A stretch of 64,000 nucleotides of DNA, from IMG/VR virus record IMGVR_UViG_3300032313_000500, positions 32,001-96,000 of that record. One strand, 5' to 3'. This document shows positions 27,842-37,600 of this stretch, in pieces. The notes under the pieces are model-generated. The model searched no databases. It was not told the origin of the DNA and saw only the letters and a list, made by a program, of their open reading frames with translations. Source of the stretch: a virus. Made by a program: the position numbers and the translations under genes. The number at the start of each line of letters is the position of its first letter. Positions within the stretch are counted from its first letter, which is position 1.

Positions 27842-29884
27842 TTACTGGTTGTCTTTAATAAATTTTATTTCGCATGAATCCGTTGTGCAGTAAGACTCCC
27901 CGATTGCATCGGCAGCCATTCCTGCATATACGCCCGTGAAGTCAATAGGAAATAATGATTTACCTGCCTCTTCATAGACGCTCTGCTCTATCTGTGTGTA
28001 CGGCATTTGCGGATAGGTGAAGTTTCCTTGGGGCAAGAACGACACAGTCTTTAATTGACCGTCATACATGTGGAGTACGGTGCCGATGTGTTCTTTTTCT
28101 TTCTCTGCGTCAAAGGAAATCGTAACTGACACCGAGTTGTCCGACCAGTAGCGTTGTGCAACTGCTGCTAGTGACATCTTTTCAAAGATTGTTACGTCCT
28201 TTTCGGAGCGACGTGCGTCTGACTTGATTGGGAAGAACACAACAGAGGTCGTCTCAGGCGATTCAGAGGCAGGCTCAACTCTGTAGTTGGCCATCTTGAA
28301 CAGCGGAAGCATTGGGTCGTCGTTAGAGAACCGGATTGCTCTGTCAAAATACTCACCACCTGGAGTCCAATGAACCCCAGGAGACTCGCCGGCGAGAATT
28401 GAAACAGTTCCCGAAGGCTTTACTGTTGTCATCTTGATTGATTCACGAATTCCAAGCCACTCAGAGTAAGAAACGTCATAATTCTTTACTGTGTTGTACC
28501 CAGTGTCCATCCATTCACGAAGAACTGGCATTCCTACACGGTCAGCGAAGTTAGCAACACCGGACATTGAAGTACCGATGCGACGATTGCGTTGCATGAT
28601 TGCGTTTGTCTCTTCCCAGTGGGTAGGAAGAAGCGTTACGGTCTTTGCGTAGAGATATGCAAACTTCAAGGTTCGCTTGTAGTCATCTAATGAATCGTGA
28701 CGATTGAGGTATGTCTCCACGAGAGTACAGCACTCATATGACTCAAGAGATTGTTCTGCACATGGGTTATATCCAGCAACACGCCAGTCTTTGTTGTTTG
28801 CAGGGTCTGCAAGACGGCCGTATTTACGAGACATATCAAGCCAGATGACTCCTGGCTCTCCATTGAGAGCGATTCCGTCAACAATCTTGGAAAGGTCTTT
28901 ACCTACAGAAGTTTCTACAGAGTTGTTGGACATCCAACCCCAACCGAGAGATTCTGGGTCGTACGAGTTGCGCGCAGGAAACACTGACGAGTTCTTTAGG
29001 TTAAGGAACTCATCGTCATCCAAACTGCCAATTAGTAATTCTGCAGAACGACGTACGTTTCCAGAAACAACACAAACACCAATCATGTTTCCGATGTCTG
29101 CGATATCAACTTTTGTAACTAATTGACCATTGCGGTTTTTAAACATTTTTCTAATGTAGTTGTGCAGTCGCTCTAACGAAGCGTGACCAGCAGCCGTACC
29201 ACCAAAAGTTTTAATAGGTGTTCCTGCAGGGCGAATTAGTGAATAATCAAAGACGATTGGTGCCTGGTCCTGCTTTAAGTAAGAGTTAATCAACATACTC
29301 ACAGATGTAACCCAACCTTCTCGGCTGTCTTCAATTACTTCAGTAACTACTGGTTTTGTTGGCTCATAGATAGTGAAATCTTTTTCTGCACCCTTGTTGT
29401 CAAATCCAACACCGACACCAAGCATTGATGCTTCCATAAGAAACGCAAAAGGCTTTGCAGGGTTGTTCTTTGTCATTTCAGATGTTGATACAAATGCACA
29501 GTTCTGTAATGCAGCAGAGTTTTTCTGAACATTGACTAACGGAGTCCCCATAACCCACAAGCCACGACCAGGTGGAGTCCACTTCAGGTTAAACAAACGG
29601 TCAAACGCTTCTTTTGCAGATGCTTGTGCTTTGGAGTCATTCCAGGGTAGACGATTTGTTTTGCAGTGGTCTTTCTGCAGGGAGTACATACCGTTGATTA
29701 CGCGTTCACAAACATCTGACCATGTTTCTTTTGTTCCGTCTTCTTTTAAGCGCGAATAAGTACGCAAAAAAGTTATTTCTCCTACAGAGTTACCACCGGC
29801 ATCAACATAACCAAATGGTGCTTTTCTAGTTCTGTACGAACTAATAAAATCTTCTGATAAACGGAATGTGAAAAATGAAGACAC
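27842..29884 (-). CDS. nrdJ: Class II (adenosylcobalamin-dependent) ribonucleotide reductase, monomeric RTPR type
   Basis: FLRTYSR, WTPPGRGLW, ALQNC, GNVRRSAE, YNPCAEQSLESYECC, TTVKPSGT, C-terminal CTTDSC. Confidence 0.93.
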   Translation of the reverse strand: MSSFFTFRLSEDFISSYRTRKAPFGYVDAGGNSVGEITFLRTYSRLKEDGTKETWSDVCERVINGMYSLQKDHCKTNRLPWNDSKAQASAKEAFDRLFNLKWTPPGRGLWVMGTPLVNVQKNSAALQNCAFVSTSEMTKNNPAKPFAFLMEASMLGVGVGFDNKGAEKDFTIYEPTKPVVTEVIEDSREGWVTSVSMLINSYLKQDQAPIVFDYSLIRPAGTPIKTFGGTAAGHASLERLHNYIRKMFKNRNGQLVTKVDIADIGNMIGVCVVSGNVRRSAELLIGSLDDDEFLNLKNSSVFPARNSYDPESLGWGWMSNNSVETSVGKDLSKIVDGIALNGEPGVIWLDMSRKYGRLADPANNKDWRVAGYNPCAEQSLESYECCTLVETYLNRHDSLDDYKRTLKFAYLYAKTVTLLPTHWEETNAIMQRNRRIGTSMSGVANFADRVGMPVLREWMDTGYNTVKNYDVSYSEWLGIRESIKMTTVKPSGTVSILAGESPGVHWTPGGEYFDRAIRFSNDDPMLPLFKMANYRVEPASESPETTSVVFFPIKSDARRSEKDVTIFEKMSLAAVAQRYWSDNSVSVTISFDAEKEKEHIGTVLHMYDGQLKTVSFLPQGNFTYPQMPYTQIEQSVYEEAGKSLFPIDFTGVYAGMAADAIGESYCTTDSCEIKFIKDNQ

Positions 29885-29954
29885 TCGCTTGTTCCTCTTT
29901 CTAATTGTATGTTTAGGAAATCAATCATACAACCAACACTCCGTTTACCCCTGT

Positions 29955-30258
29955 CTAAGCAATGCCCAAATTTTTAGCCGCTTCAAGTGTCACGTATGAA
30001 CCTTTGTGATGAATAATTACACGTGCTTTTGTGAATGGAGTTATTTGACGGTCTTCGTAGATGTCTTCTTCTACTAAAAACGTCTGCAGTTCTTTTAATG
30101 TTTCAATAACTCCGGTAAGTCCAACAATTTTTTGCGGTGGGCCACTTTCTCCGTCGCAATCACCTGTAGGGTGTCCGCAAACTGGACAAGGTTGACGAGT
30201 TGCTCTTAGAATGGATATTCCATTTCCAAGTTCCTCATTTGCTGAATCTCTAAACATG
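29955..30258 (-). CDS. Hypothetical protein with a CPVCGH..C zinc-binding motif
   Basis: ATG at 30258 (track start 30272 abuts the tRNA); RQPCPVCGHPTGDC. Confidence 0.6.
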
Positions 30259-30272
30259 CCCAATTTTATCAC

Positions 30273-30344
30273 GCCCCTGTCGTCTACTGGTTAGGACGCG
30301 ACTCTTATAAGGTCGTTAAGGTGGTTCAATTCCACCCAGGGGTA
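30273..30344 (+). tRNA. tRNA-Ile (anticodon TAT)
   Basis: Acceptor GCCCCTG/CAGGGGT, D arm GTCT..AGGAC, anticodon arm CGACT-CTTATAA-GGTCG, T arm GGTGG-TTCAATT-CCACC; no encoded CCA. Confidence 0.9.
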
Positions 30345-30980
30345 CTAGTAGAAAATCTGAAGATGAAAGCCTAAGTTATTGATTGCTTCTGCTGCTTCAT
30401 CTTCGTCTTTTTCATTGACAATGTATTGCTCCATTACAGTCTTGTATAAAAGTGCTGGATAACTCTTGTCACGCAGTGTTCTTACTGCCCCATCCGGGTA
30501 AACGGTAATTGGCTTGAAAATCATTCTGTTTTTTGCCAAGTATTCGTAAGCAATGGAAACGAGGGTTAGTTCCGCTCCGCCCATCTCGTCGTTTTCTGCA
30601 TGGGTTACGGTTATACACTCGCTTACACCGGTAGTTTCATCAAGAAACGCTTTCTGAAGGTCAAGTCCTCTTGTTTTTTCCACGTCCGGAGAACAGTAAC
30701 CCTCTGCCACCATTGAAATACTGTCAATATCCCAAAAACCTTTAAGAATCCCAAGCATCGCTGCGCATCTTTGGAGCCTGTCTATTGGCTTTTCTTTCAT
30801 GTGCTTCTGGCTCAACTGGACAATGGCTAAAACTTTGCCTTCTTTCCATCCAATAAAATTGAACGCCAAATCTTCCCCGACTCCTGCTTCACTAACAAAA
30901 CCCTGTTTTGCTAATTGAGCAGACGTCAAGGCTAATGCTATTTTTGAAAATTCGTCTGGGTATAAATCATCCACGCCCAC
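30345..30980 (-). CDS. Hypothetical protein (211 aa)
   Basis: Long ORF with protein-like composition; TAACGT-6 nt-GTG start geometry. Confidence 0.7.
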   Translation of the reverse strand: MGVDDLYPDEFSKIALALTSAQLAKQGFVSEAGVGEDLAFNFIGWKEGKVLAIVQLSQKHMKEKPIDRLQRCAAMLGILKGFWDIDSISMVAEGYCSPDVEKTRGLDLQKAFLDETTGVSECITVTHAENDEMGGAELTLVSIAYEYLAKNRMIFKPITVYPDGAVRTLRDKSYPALLYKTVMEQYIVNEKDEDEAAEAINNLGFHLQIFY

Positions 30981-31010
30981 ACGTTAGCCCACTCAGTGGT
31001 ATAGTCGGGG

Positions 31011-31343
31011 ATGTCCCATGAGGCCAAAAATCTTAACAAAGAAAGACAAGACATGAGTAAGCAACCAGCAAAGAAAACAGCAGCCAAGAAGACGGCAGCA
31101 AAAAAAACTGCTCCTAAAAAGAAGGCTGCTCCTAAAAAGAAGGCTGCAGCAAAAAAGGCAGACCCAGTCAAGCGCGCGTATAACAAAGTTGAAAAAGTTG
31201 CAAAGGAAAATGGTATTGATTTTGATACCTACGAAGAGAAGGCAATTGAAGTCATTGAAGATGCTTCAGAAAAAGTAGTTGCTGAATTCGTTAAAAATCG
31301 CAAGGGAATCATAAGTAAACTTTTTGCTTGGATTAAGAAGTAA
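31011..31343 (+). CDS. Histone H1-like / nucleoid-type basic protein with AKK repeats
   Basis: PAKKTAAKKTAAKKTAPKKKAAPKKKAAAKK followed by a helical C-terminus. Confidence 0.65.
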   Translation: MSHEAKNLNKERQDMSKQPAKKTAAKKTAAKKTAPKKKAAPKKKAAAKKADPVKRAYNKVEKVAKENGIDFDTYEEKAIEVIEDASEKVVAEFVKNRKGIISKLFAWIKK

Positions 31344-31356
31344 AAAAAACTACTCA

Positions 31357-31400
31357 AAATAACCCCTAGGGCGAAAATTTGTTCGCCTCGGGGGTTGTTT
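31357..31400 (+). terminator. Rho-independent terminator
   Basis: AAAATAACCCCTAGGGCGAA-AATTTG-TTCGCCTCGGGGGTTGTTTT. Confidence 0.75.
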
Positions 31401-31447
31401 TATTTATACGCCTAGGTACGCTTTCTTTTAATAAAGGAAGGTCTCAG

Positions 31448-31666
31448 ATGGCAAGAACACATGGCAACAAAGAGTTTGCCGCCGTAGTAAAAGAGATTGA
31501 ACGCATCGGCTTCAGGGTTGAACAGACCAAGCGTGGCGTCTACAAGATTTACCCCCCACTAAGTATTGGTGGGCGTATGTACACAACCCACGGAACACCA
31601 AAGGCGATGAAAGCCATCAAAAGCGAGTTTCGCAAAATCTACGGCATTGACTTGGCCTCAATATGA
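31448..31666 (+). CDS. HicA-like (dsRBD-fold) protein
   Basis: AAGGAAGG RBS; VVKEIERIGFRVEQTKRGVYKIYPP...YTTHGTP matches the HicA-like alpha-beta-beta-beta-alpha pattern with the conserved His. Confidence 0.55.
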   Translation: MARTHGNKEFAAVVKEIERIGFRVEQTKRGVYKIYPPLSIGGRMYTTHGTPKAMKAIKSEFRKIYGIDLASI

Positions 31667-32040
31667 TTTACCCAGAAAAAGAAATGTATAGCATTCTGGA
31701 GCCGCAACCCCCTGAAGTTAGGCTCACAGCGGAGCCACTTCTTGCTCTTTTCAAGATTGAGGGCTCAGATAACGGTATTTCCAACCTGGCAATGCGTTTA
31801 GGAACTGAACGCAACTCCCTGTACAGGTGGATAGAAAACGGGATTGACCTTAGGAACGCCGAACGCATGGCTGAAAAAATCAACACGCACCCTTCTTTGA
31901 TTTGGGGTCCTGAATATCACATCGCAACCTACATGGAGCAAAATCGTCAAACAATAATGGCGCGTAGAAAACGTGAAAAACTCGTTATCCGTCGTTCTAT
32001 TGCCAGAAAGAAAAAGAGAGATGAAGCAGTCACACAATAG
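31663..32040 (+). CDS. HTH DNA-binding protein
   Basis: ISNLAMRLGTERNSLYRWIENGIDLRNAERMAEKINTHPSLIWG. Confidence 0.65.
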   Translation: MIYPEKEMYSILEPQPPEVRLTAEPLLALFKIEGSDNGISNLAMRLGTERNSLYRWIENGIDLRNAERMAEKINTHPSLIWGPEYHIATYMEQNRQTIMARRKREKLVIRRSIARKKKRDEAVTQ

Positions 32041-32290
32041 AAAAAAAATTTTCTACAGCCCTGAACAAACAGCCTTAACCCTAAACTTTATTGTTGATTT
32101 TACTAAAGAACGTGGTTATCCGCCGTCCGTTAGGGAAGTAGGCGAGAAAATTGGCGTTAGTTCGTCGTCAACCATCCACAAATTCATACGCCAATGCGTT
32201 GATGAAGGATACATAGACATTGACGCACGTATTCCTCGTTCAATAAGAGTATCTAAGATAGGCAAAAAGTACTTATCTTCGGCTCAATAA
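32021..32290 (+). CDS. LexA-like repressor, DNA-binding domain only (no autocleavage/S24 domain)
   Basis: FIVDFTKERGYPPSVREVGEKIGVSSSSTIHKFIRQCVDEGYIDIDARIPRSIRV is the LexA winged-helix signature; the ORF ends after the wing. Confidence 0.85.
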   Translation: MKQSHNRKKIFYSPEQTALTLNFIVDFTKERGYPPSVREVGEKIGVSSSSTIHKFIRQCVDEGYIDIDARIPRSIRVSKIGKKYLSSAQ

Positions 32291-32291
32291 G

Positions 32292-32364
32292 TGCCCTTGG
32301 TTGGATTTGAACCAACGACCTGCGGATTAGAAGTCCGTTGCGCTATCCACTGCGCCACAAGGGC
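32292..32364 (-). tRNA. tRNA-Arg (anticodon TCT)
   Basis: Reverse complement GCCCTTG TG GCGC-AGTGGATA-GCGC A ACGGA-CTTCTAA-TCCGC AGGTC GTTGG-TTCAAAT-CCAAC CAAGGGC A. Confidence 0.93.
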
Positions 32365-32414
32365 TTGTGATTAAAATCTAGTCCTTCTAGATAAGGAATG
32401 CAAGAAAGGTAAAA

Positions 32415-32912
32415 ATGGCATACAACTACATTGAGGCCTTCACCGAAGGTCATTCTTATAATAAAGTCGTTGCGAAGTATTTAATTGACAAAGGAATACC
32501 CTGCACTGTCCCCGAACTGCAAATAGCAAAAAATCGTGAAGAGCGCCGTCGCATGACTCTTACAGAAAAAGACATCACGCTTGATTTAGTTCCACATATT
32601 TTGGAAGTAAAAAACGTCAGCGTGGAGTTCGGCTGGGACCCTAAAGACTTCCCATTCCCTACAACGATTGTTGATACGGTTAATAGTTACGAAGACAAAC
32701 AGCAGAAACCACTTGCATATATTTTGCGCAGTAAGAAAACTGGCGCAATGCTCGCTGTGGGACCGTCGTCAAAAGACAGATGGAAACATAAAAACCTGTA
32801 CGACAAGAAACAAGAACTAACTGACAACTTCTACATAGTTGACAAACGCGACTTGCGAAGCATGGATGAACTTGTAGAGCACATCCTCAAACTCCAAAAA
32901 CGTGCTTCATAA
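32415..32912 (+). CDS. Hypothetical protein, possible PD-(D/E)xK nuclease fold
   Basis: AAGG RBS; EKDITLD...ILEVKN pattern. Confidence 0.5.
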   Translation: MAYNYIEAFTEGHSYNKVVAKYLIDKGIPCTVPELQIAKNREERRRMTLTEKDITLDLVPHILEVKNVSVEFGWDPKDFPFPTTIVDTVNSYEDKQQKPLAYILRSKKTGAMLAVGPSSKDRWKHKNLYDKKQELTDNFYIVDKRDLRSMDELVEHILKLQKRAS

Positions 32913-33031
32913 CTAGATAAAACATGGCAGTTCCATATATCCACATCTTTATCAGCGTTTCTATGTCGTTTATTAAACCCATTAGATAAATCTATCTGCA
33001 AACATCAACGGCGTATTTATATTTATAGACG

Positions 33032-33634
33032 TCACTGTTCCAGCCAGTTCTTTTTAATCCACTTAGCGATGAATTCAGCACGCAACTGAGAACCCGTAGA
33101 GCCGTAATGGACTTTATCTGGATTCAACAAATGCTGCCTAGTTTGGATAAATCTATCCCAGCCAATGACGTGCATATTGATATTCCTACCAGCCTTCTTT
33201 TCAAGCATAGAGTTCCACAGTCTGGCTGACTTGTTGTTGTGGTTGCCCCAGCCCTTCCATATGGAAACCCAAGCAACCTTCCTACCTTTTAGTTCGTTCA
33301 TGACTGCAGACACCCTGTTGCCAGTGTTTTCGTACTTGTATGAAGGCGAATCGTTCGTACCGAGCGCAATTACCCAACAAGCGTCTTTATCAACGCGCTT
33401 TTTGTAGTACCTAACCGCTTCCAAACCCGTATGAGGGTCGTTTGGCATCTTCGTAAATACGGACCTGCTGCCAGCGGCTGAAATTATGGCGTCAGGGAAA
33501 CCGATTTTTTTATATTCAGCGACCTGAAACTGTTTTGAGTGCACCGTTAAAGAATCTCCGATGTGGACCACGTTTGAACATGTCCCAGGAACATTCATGA
33601 GTAGGGAGAACAAAAGACTATACATATCTATCAA
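33032..33634 (-). CDS. SGNH/GDSL-family hydrolase with N-terminal hydrophobic segment
   Basis: Blocks HIGDSLT, SAAGSR, IALGTND, DKVHY. Confidence 0.8.
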   Translation of the reverse strand: MIDMYSLLFSLLMNVPGTCSNVVHIGDSLTVHSKQFQVAEYKKIGFPDAIISAAGSRSVFTKMPNDPHTGLEAVRYYKKRVDKDACWVIALGTNDSPSYKYENTGNRVSAVMNELKGRKVAWVSIWKGWGNHNNKSARLWNSMLEKKAGRNINMHVIGWDRFIQTRQHLLNPDKVHYGSTGSQLRAEFIAKWIKKNWLEQ

Positions 33635-34112
33635 GTACCTTTTCTAATAGGATTGGCTTGTAACCAGTCTGCTCAACGCTTACGCACTGATACCAGGGGT
33701 CTGGAAGGGATTCGGCGTGCAAATGTCCGTGAATATTGCCTCTATAGCGATATTTCTGGTGGTCAGAGACTGGAATGTGAGTTAAAACAAACTTGTTGTA
33801 CGAAAAAGTGCCCATGATGTCATAAAAGTAGGGGGTATAAACGCTTAAAGGAAGTCTATCGTGATTGCCCTTTATTAATAATTTCCTACCATGTAAGAAC
33901 CGCATCGTTTTGACACCTTGCTTGTCTATGGCAACATCACCAAGGTGGATAACCTCATCCTTGGGGCCTACCGTCTCGTTCCACAACTGAATCATCTCTT
34001 CGTCCATCTCTGAGGCACTATCCCACGGACGTAACTTGTCGCCGTGCTTGGCTGAGAACTCGCAAATGCGTTGATGTCCCCAATGAGTGTCGGCTGTAAC
34101 GAATATTGACAT
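33618..34112 (-). CDS. Calcineurin-like metallophosphoesterase
   Basis: TADTHWGH, HLGDV, KGNHD, THIP, NIHGHLH; TACGAT-6 nt-ATG start. Confidence 0.9.
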   Translation of the reverse strand: MSIFVTADTHWGHQRICEFSAKHGDKLRPWDSASEMDEEMIQLWNETVGPKDEVIHLGDVAIDKQGVKTMRFLHGRKLLIKGNHDRLPLSVYTPYFYDIMGTFSYNKFVLTHIPVSDHQKYRYRGNIHGHLHAESLPDPWYQCVSVEQTGYKPILLEKVLDRYV

Positions 34113-34281
34113 ATCTCCATCGTACCGGGAAGAAGTAGGAACTCAAACGTTTTGTATGGATTTATCCAATAGTGGATTAGGCTTCAAAATTTATCGTGTG
34201 CCCCCCCACGCGCGCCCGACCCGTTCAGAAAAAAGCCCCGAGAATCGCCTTACGGGGTCCGAAAACGACCACTTATAGTAG

Positions 34282-34335
34282 TTATCCACACCCTGTGAAT
34301 ACCACCCTCTGTGGTTGTCCACACCCTGTGGATAA
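34282..34335. promoter_or_regulatory. Two inverted pairs of DnaA boxes (candidate origin element)
   Basis: TTATCCACA-CCC-TGTGAATAC (34282-34302) and TTGTCCACA-CCC-TGTGGATAA (34315-34335), in the intergenic region between divergent genes. Confidence 0.65.
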
Positions 34336-34344
34336 AGGTCAAAG

Positions 34345-34403
34345 CGAACACATGTACGACGAACACCTGTACGCACGAACACATGTACGACGAACACATG
34401 TAC
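34345..34403 (+). repeat. Four tandem 15-16 bp repeats resembling SOS boxes or iterons
   Basis: CGAACACATGTACGA, CGAACACCTGTACGCA, CGAACACATGTACGA, CGAACACATGTAC; compare CGAAC-N4-GTTCG. Confidence 0.8.
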
Positions 34404-34607
34404 CCATCACATAAACACTTGACAAAACATTACGAAAGTGCTAGTCAATACACATCACATGACGTTATACCTGATTGTAGATAATGCCTCATGACCCACA
34501 CAAAAGTGCTCCTCACAAGCACACTTTTACACATCACATAAGTCGCATCAAACTATTAGTTACACACACTTCACACACCACACAGTGAGGTGTTCTACAA
34601 TGAGTCA

Positions 34608-37600
34608 ATGCCTTTCTCTTATGACATAGAACCAAATGACTCACCACGTCTAAGGCGTCACATGTCAAGAGTAAATAGTGATGACAGACTAGAAGTCAAA
34701 GCACTAGGTCCGAACCTAGGGCAACTCGCACGAAGCGCACAGGTCTTTGACCCTAACGCATACGACGGTGACGGTGATGGTGTAGTACAAGACGGCACAC
34801 CCTTTGAGAGACCAGCAGTGTTGTCTAACATTGCCTCAGTAGCACGAGGACTCGCAAGCACCACGGGTGGCTACGGGTCATACACACCAAGAGGTTCGTG
34901 GACAGTAGGTCTCACCAATGAACAGGTAGCAGAGAGGGCAGTGCCTAGCACGCCTGCTGCTTTCGTTGAGATGATGGTCGCTCAACAAGGCTCCACGGGT
35001 AACCTATCTGACAGTGTGCAGAAGGCACTAGACATAGCAATCTTTGACGAGGAGAGGGTCGCTGAACTACGTGACACATTGCGTAACGCACTAGACGAAA
35101 GACCTGAACTACGAGCAGCCTTTGATAGGTTCGGTTGCCCACCCATAGGTGTACACCCCAACAAAGACGAGGATGGAGAAGGTATTGGATATGGAGGTAT
35201 CGCTTATGGTAAGCAAGCAATCTTCATAACAGAAAAGACACTAGACAAAGGCGCTATGTCAGAATGGTTTGGTAGAAGGAAGTTCTCTGCGAAAGTATTC
35301 TCCTTCACTACATTCGCACCAAGAGTAAAAGGTGTTGACCGTGCCTTCACAGGGGAATCAGCAGAAGACATCATCACCCATGAGTGGGGTCACTACCTCA
35401 ATCACCTAGTAGCAGACATAGCACCAGACCCAGAACTGCGTGAGTTAGCAGGAGCCCTAGGGCAAGGCTCTTGGTACATGTCAACTTACTTCACTCGCAT
35501 TCCTCCAAAAGTGAAGAGGATGTTTGAGTACTTTGATGGAGCCATGAAGAGTGGTGAGAAGGTAGACCAACCAGTTGGTGTTCCATTCGTCAAGAGCGTG
35601 TATGGCACCTCAATGCCATGTGAGTTCTTCGCAGAATCAGTAGCAGCATACTTCTCCCCTCGTCGTAAGAGTAGAGAACTACTCAACGATGAAGGAATAG
35701 AAATAGTTGAACAAATGCTTGGCATTAGAGGAGCATCTCGCAGTGGATTCGCATCACGAACAGGTTCTCTAAAAAGCAGTACGGGTAGTACCCTGCGTGG
35801 TAAGACACCACAAGAGATAGCAGACATTGTAGTACCCAAGACAAAAGCAGAAGCAATCGCATTGTCTGACGCACACAACGCTTTACTTACAGACCCAGAT
35901 GGTGTTCGTTACACGGCATCAGAACCAGACAAACTAAAAATAATTATCCCCAAGGGTATTGACGCTATGGACTTCTCACCCGAAGCAGTGTCTCGTATGA
36001 AAGAGATGGTCGTAGAAGCACTCTCAAATAACCCTGAGTTCCATGAAGCAGTACAAAGATTTGGTATGCCACCTGTTCTGATAACAAAGCCAGGCGAAAG
36101 ACTGGATGGGGCGTACGCCATTGCTGGTGTAGAGGGTTTCCCTGCTATCACTATTGACTCAACAATGAGAGAACAAGCATTGGCCAAAGGGTGGTGGCCT
36201 AATGGTATTTACGAAGATGAACCATTCATCAAAGGGACAGAGGGCTTCTCTACAAGTCCCACGAGTGAAGGATTCTTTATTCATGAATGGGCTCACTACC
36301 TCAATCGCCTAGCATTAGACATACACCCAGACGAAGAGATGAGAGAATTAGCACGCTTTTGGTGGAACGACACTTGGATACTAAATGCAGCCATTCCTAG
36401 GCTTACGAGATTTCTAAGGGGATTAGGTAAACCAAAAACACGAATAGATGCTAGATACAGGGGCGCTGATAAATTCTATTGGGCAACACGTGACAACAAA
36501 TCCGTTGACTTTACGGGTTACCCACACGTAAAGACACAGTATGGACAGTCACAACCAGCAGAAGCGTTTGCCGAAGCAGTAGCAGCAGTACTCTCCAAAG
36601 ATGTTGACGACAAAGAGTTGGTCAGTCCTGAAATGCGTAGAGATGTTCTTGACATGCTTGGTTTCTCACCTTCGGTCAAAGAGATAGACAGAGCAGGCAG
36701 TTCAGAGGGTAGAGGTAGTGGGTTTGCCTCAAAGACTGTCACCAGAGGACCTGATGGCACGAGAATTATTAACACATCTGACCCTTTCACACCGTTGAGT
36801 GGTTCTGATTGGCTAAAAGACGCTACGGATGACGAGGTAGCAGATGCTGTAACGCCTACGAGTATTGATGACGCAATAGCGCTTACGATAATGAATACGT
36901 CATACGGGGACGACCCAGCAAATTACCCAGCAGAAGAAGCAAAAGTACGTCAAATAATGACGGACCACATCTTCAAGTTTTACGGTAGGGACAGCAATGG
37001 GCAAATAGCAACAGACGCAAACGGGAAGCCCATTAGTTTCTCTGTTCCTTACGATTTTTCTCCACAAGGCAGACAAACAGTCAAAGACATGGTCAAAAGA
37101 ATGATGGCAGAGTCGCCAGAATTCTCATGGATGATTAGACGCTTCGGGTGTCCACCAATGATGGTTATAGACGAAGCAAAACTCACCCAACTAAACAATC
37201 AGGTTGAACAAATGCGTCTTGCTGGTCAAGACATCTCTCTTCCGTTCCATCTCGCAAACGGAGCAGTCGGTGGTTTTTCGGTAGGTACTTACGGGATAAC
37301 ACTCAGGCCTGACCCCACAACAGACAACTTACCAATGGGATTTTACAGAGGGTTGGCAGCAAAAAGAAAGACTGGAAGGATAATCACAAATCCTGACGGA
37401 AGCAGGGAAGAAGAAAAAGAACACTGGATGAACAACTTCGGACTATCCCTAGCCGATAAGGCTATTCACGAATGGGCTCACTGGTTCTACGCAACCGTAA
37501 AAGGAAACAAAGGACTACTAGGTAAGTCACGCAGGGGAGATAGAAAATCTCGTCTTTCCTACTTGTTCCCTGGTATTCCTATGGCAGATGCTGAGAAAAT

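Noticed and set aside
27842-29884. Intein or intron in nrdJ, or inteins explaining the giant ORFs
   Set aside because: NrdJ is normal length and uninterrupted; no C/S...HN-C/S/T splice motifs or LAGLIDADG blocks were noticed. The G[FLM][AS]S motif is not an intein junction.
34270-34281. DnaA-trio unwinding element beside the DnaA boxes
   Set aside because: Only two TAG units, and the orientation relative to the adjacent box is opposite to the known arrangement.
34345-34403. CRISPR array
   Set aside because: The repeats are directly adjacent 15-16-mers with no unique spacers, and no cas genes are seen.
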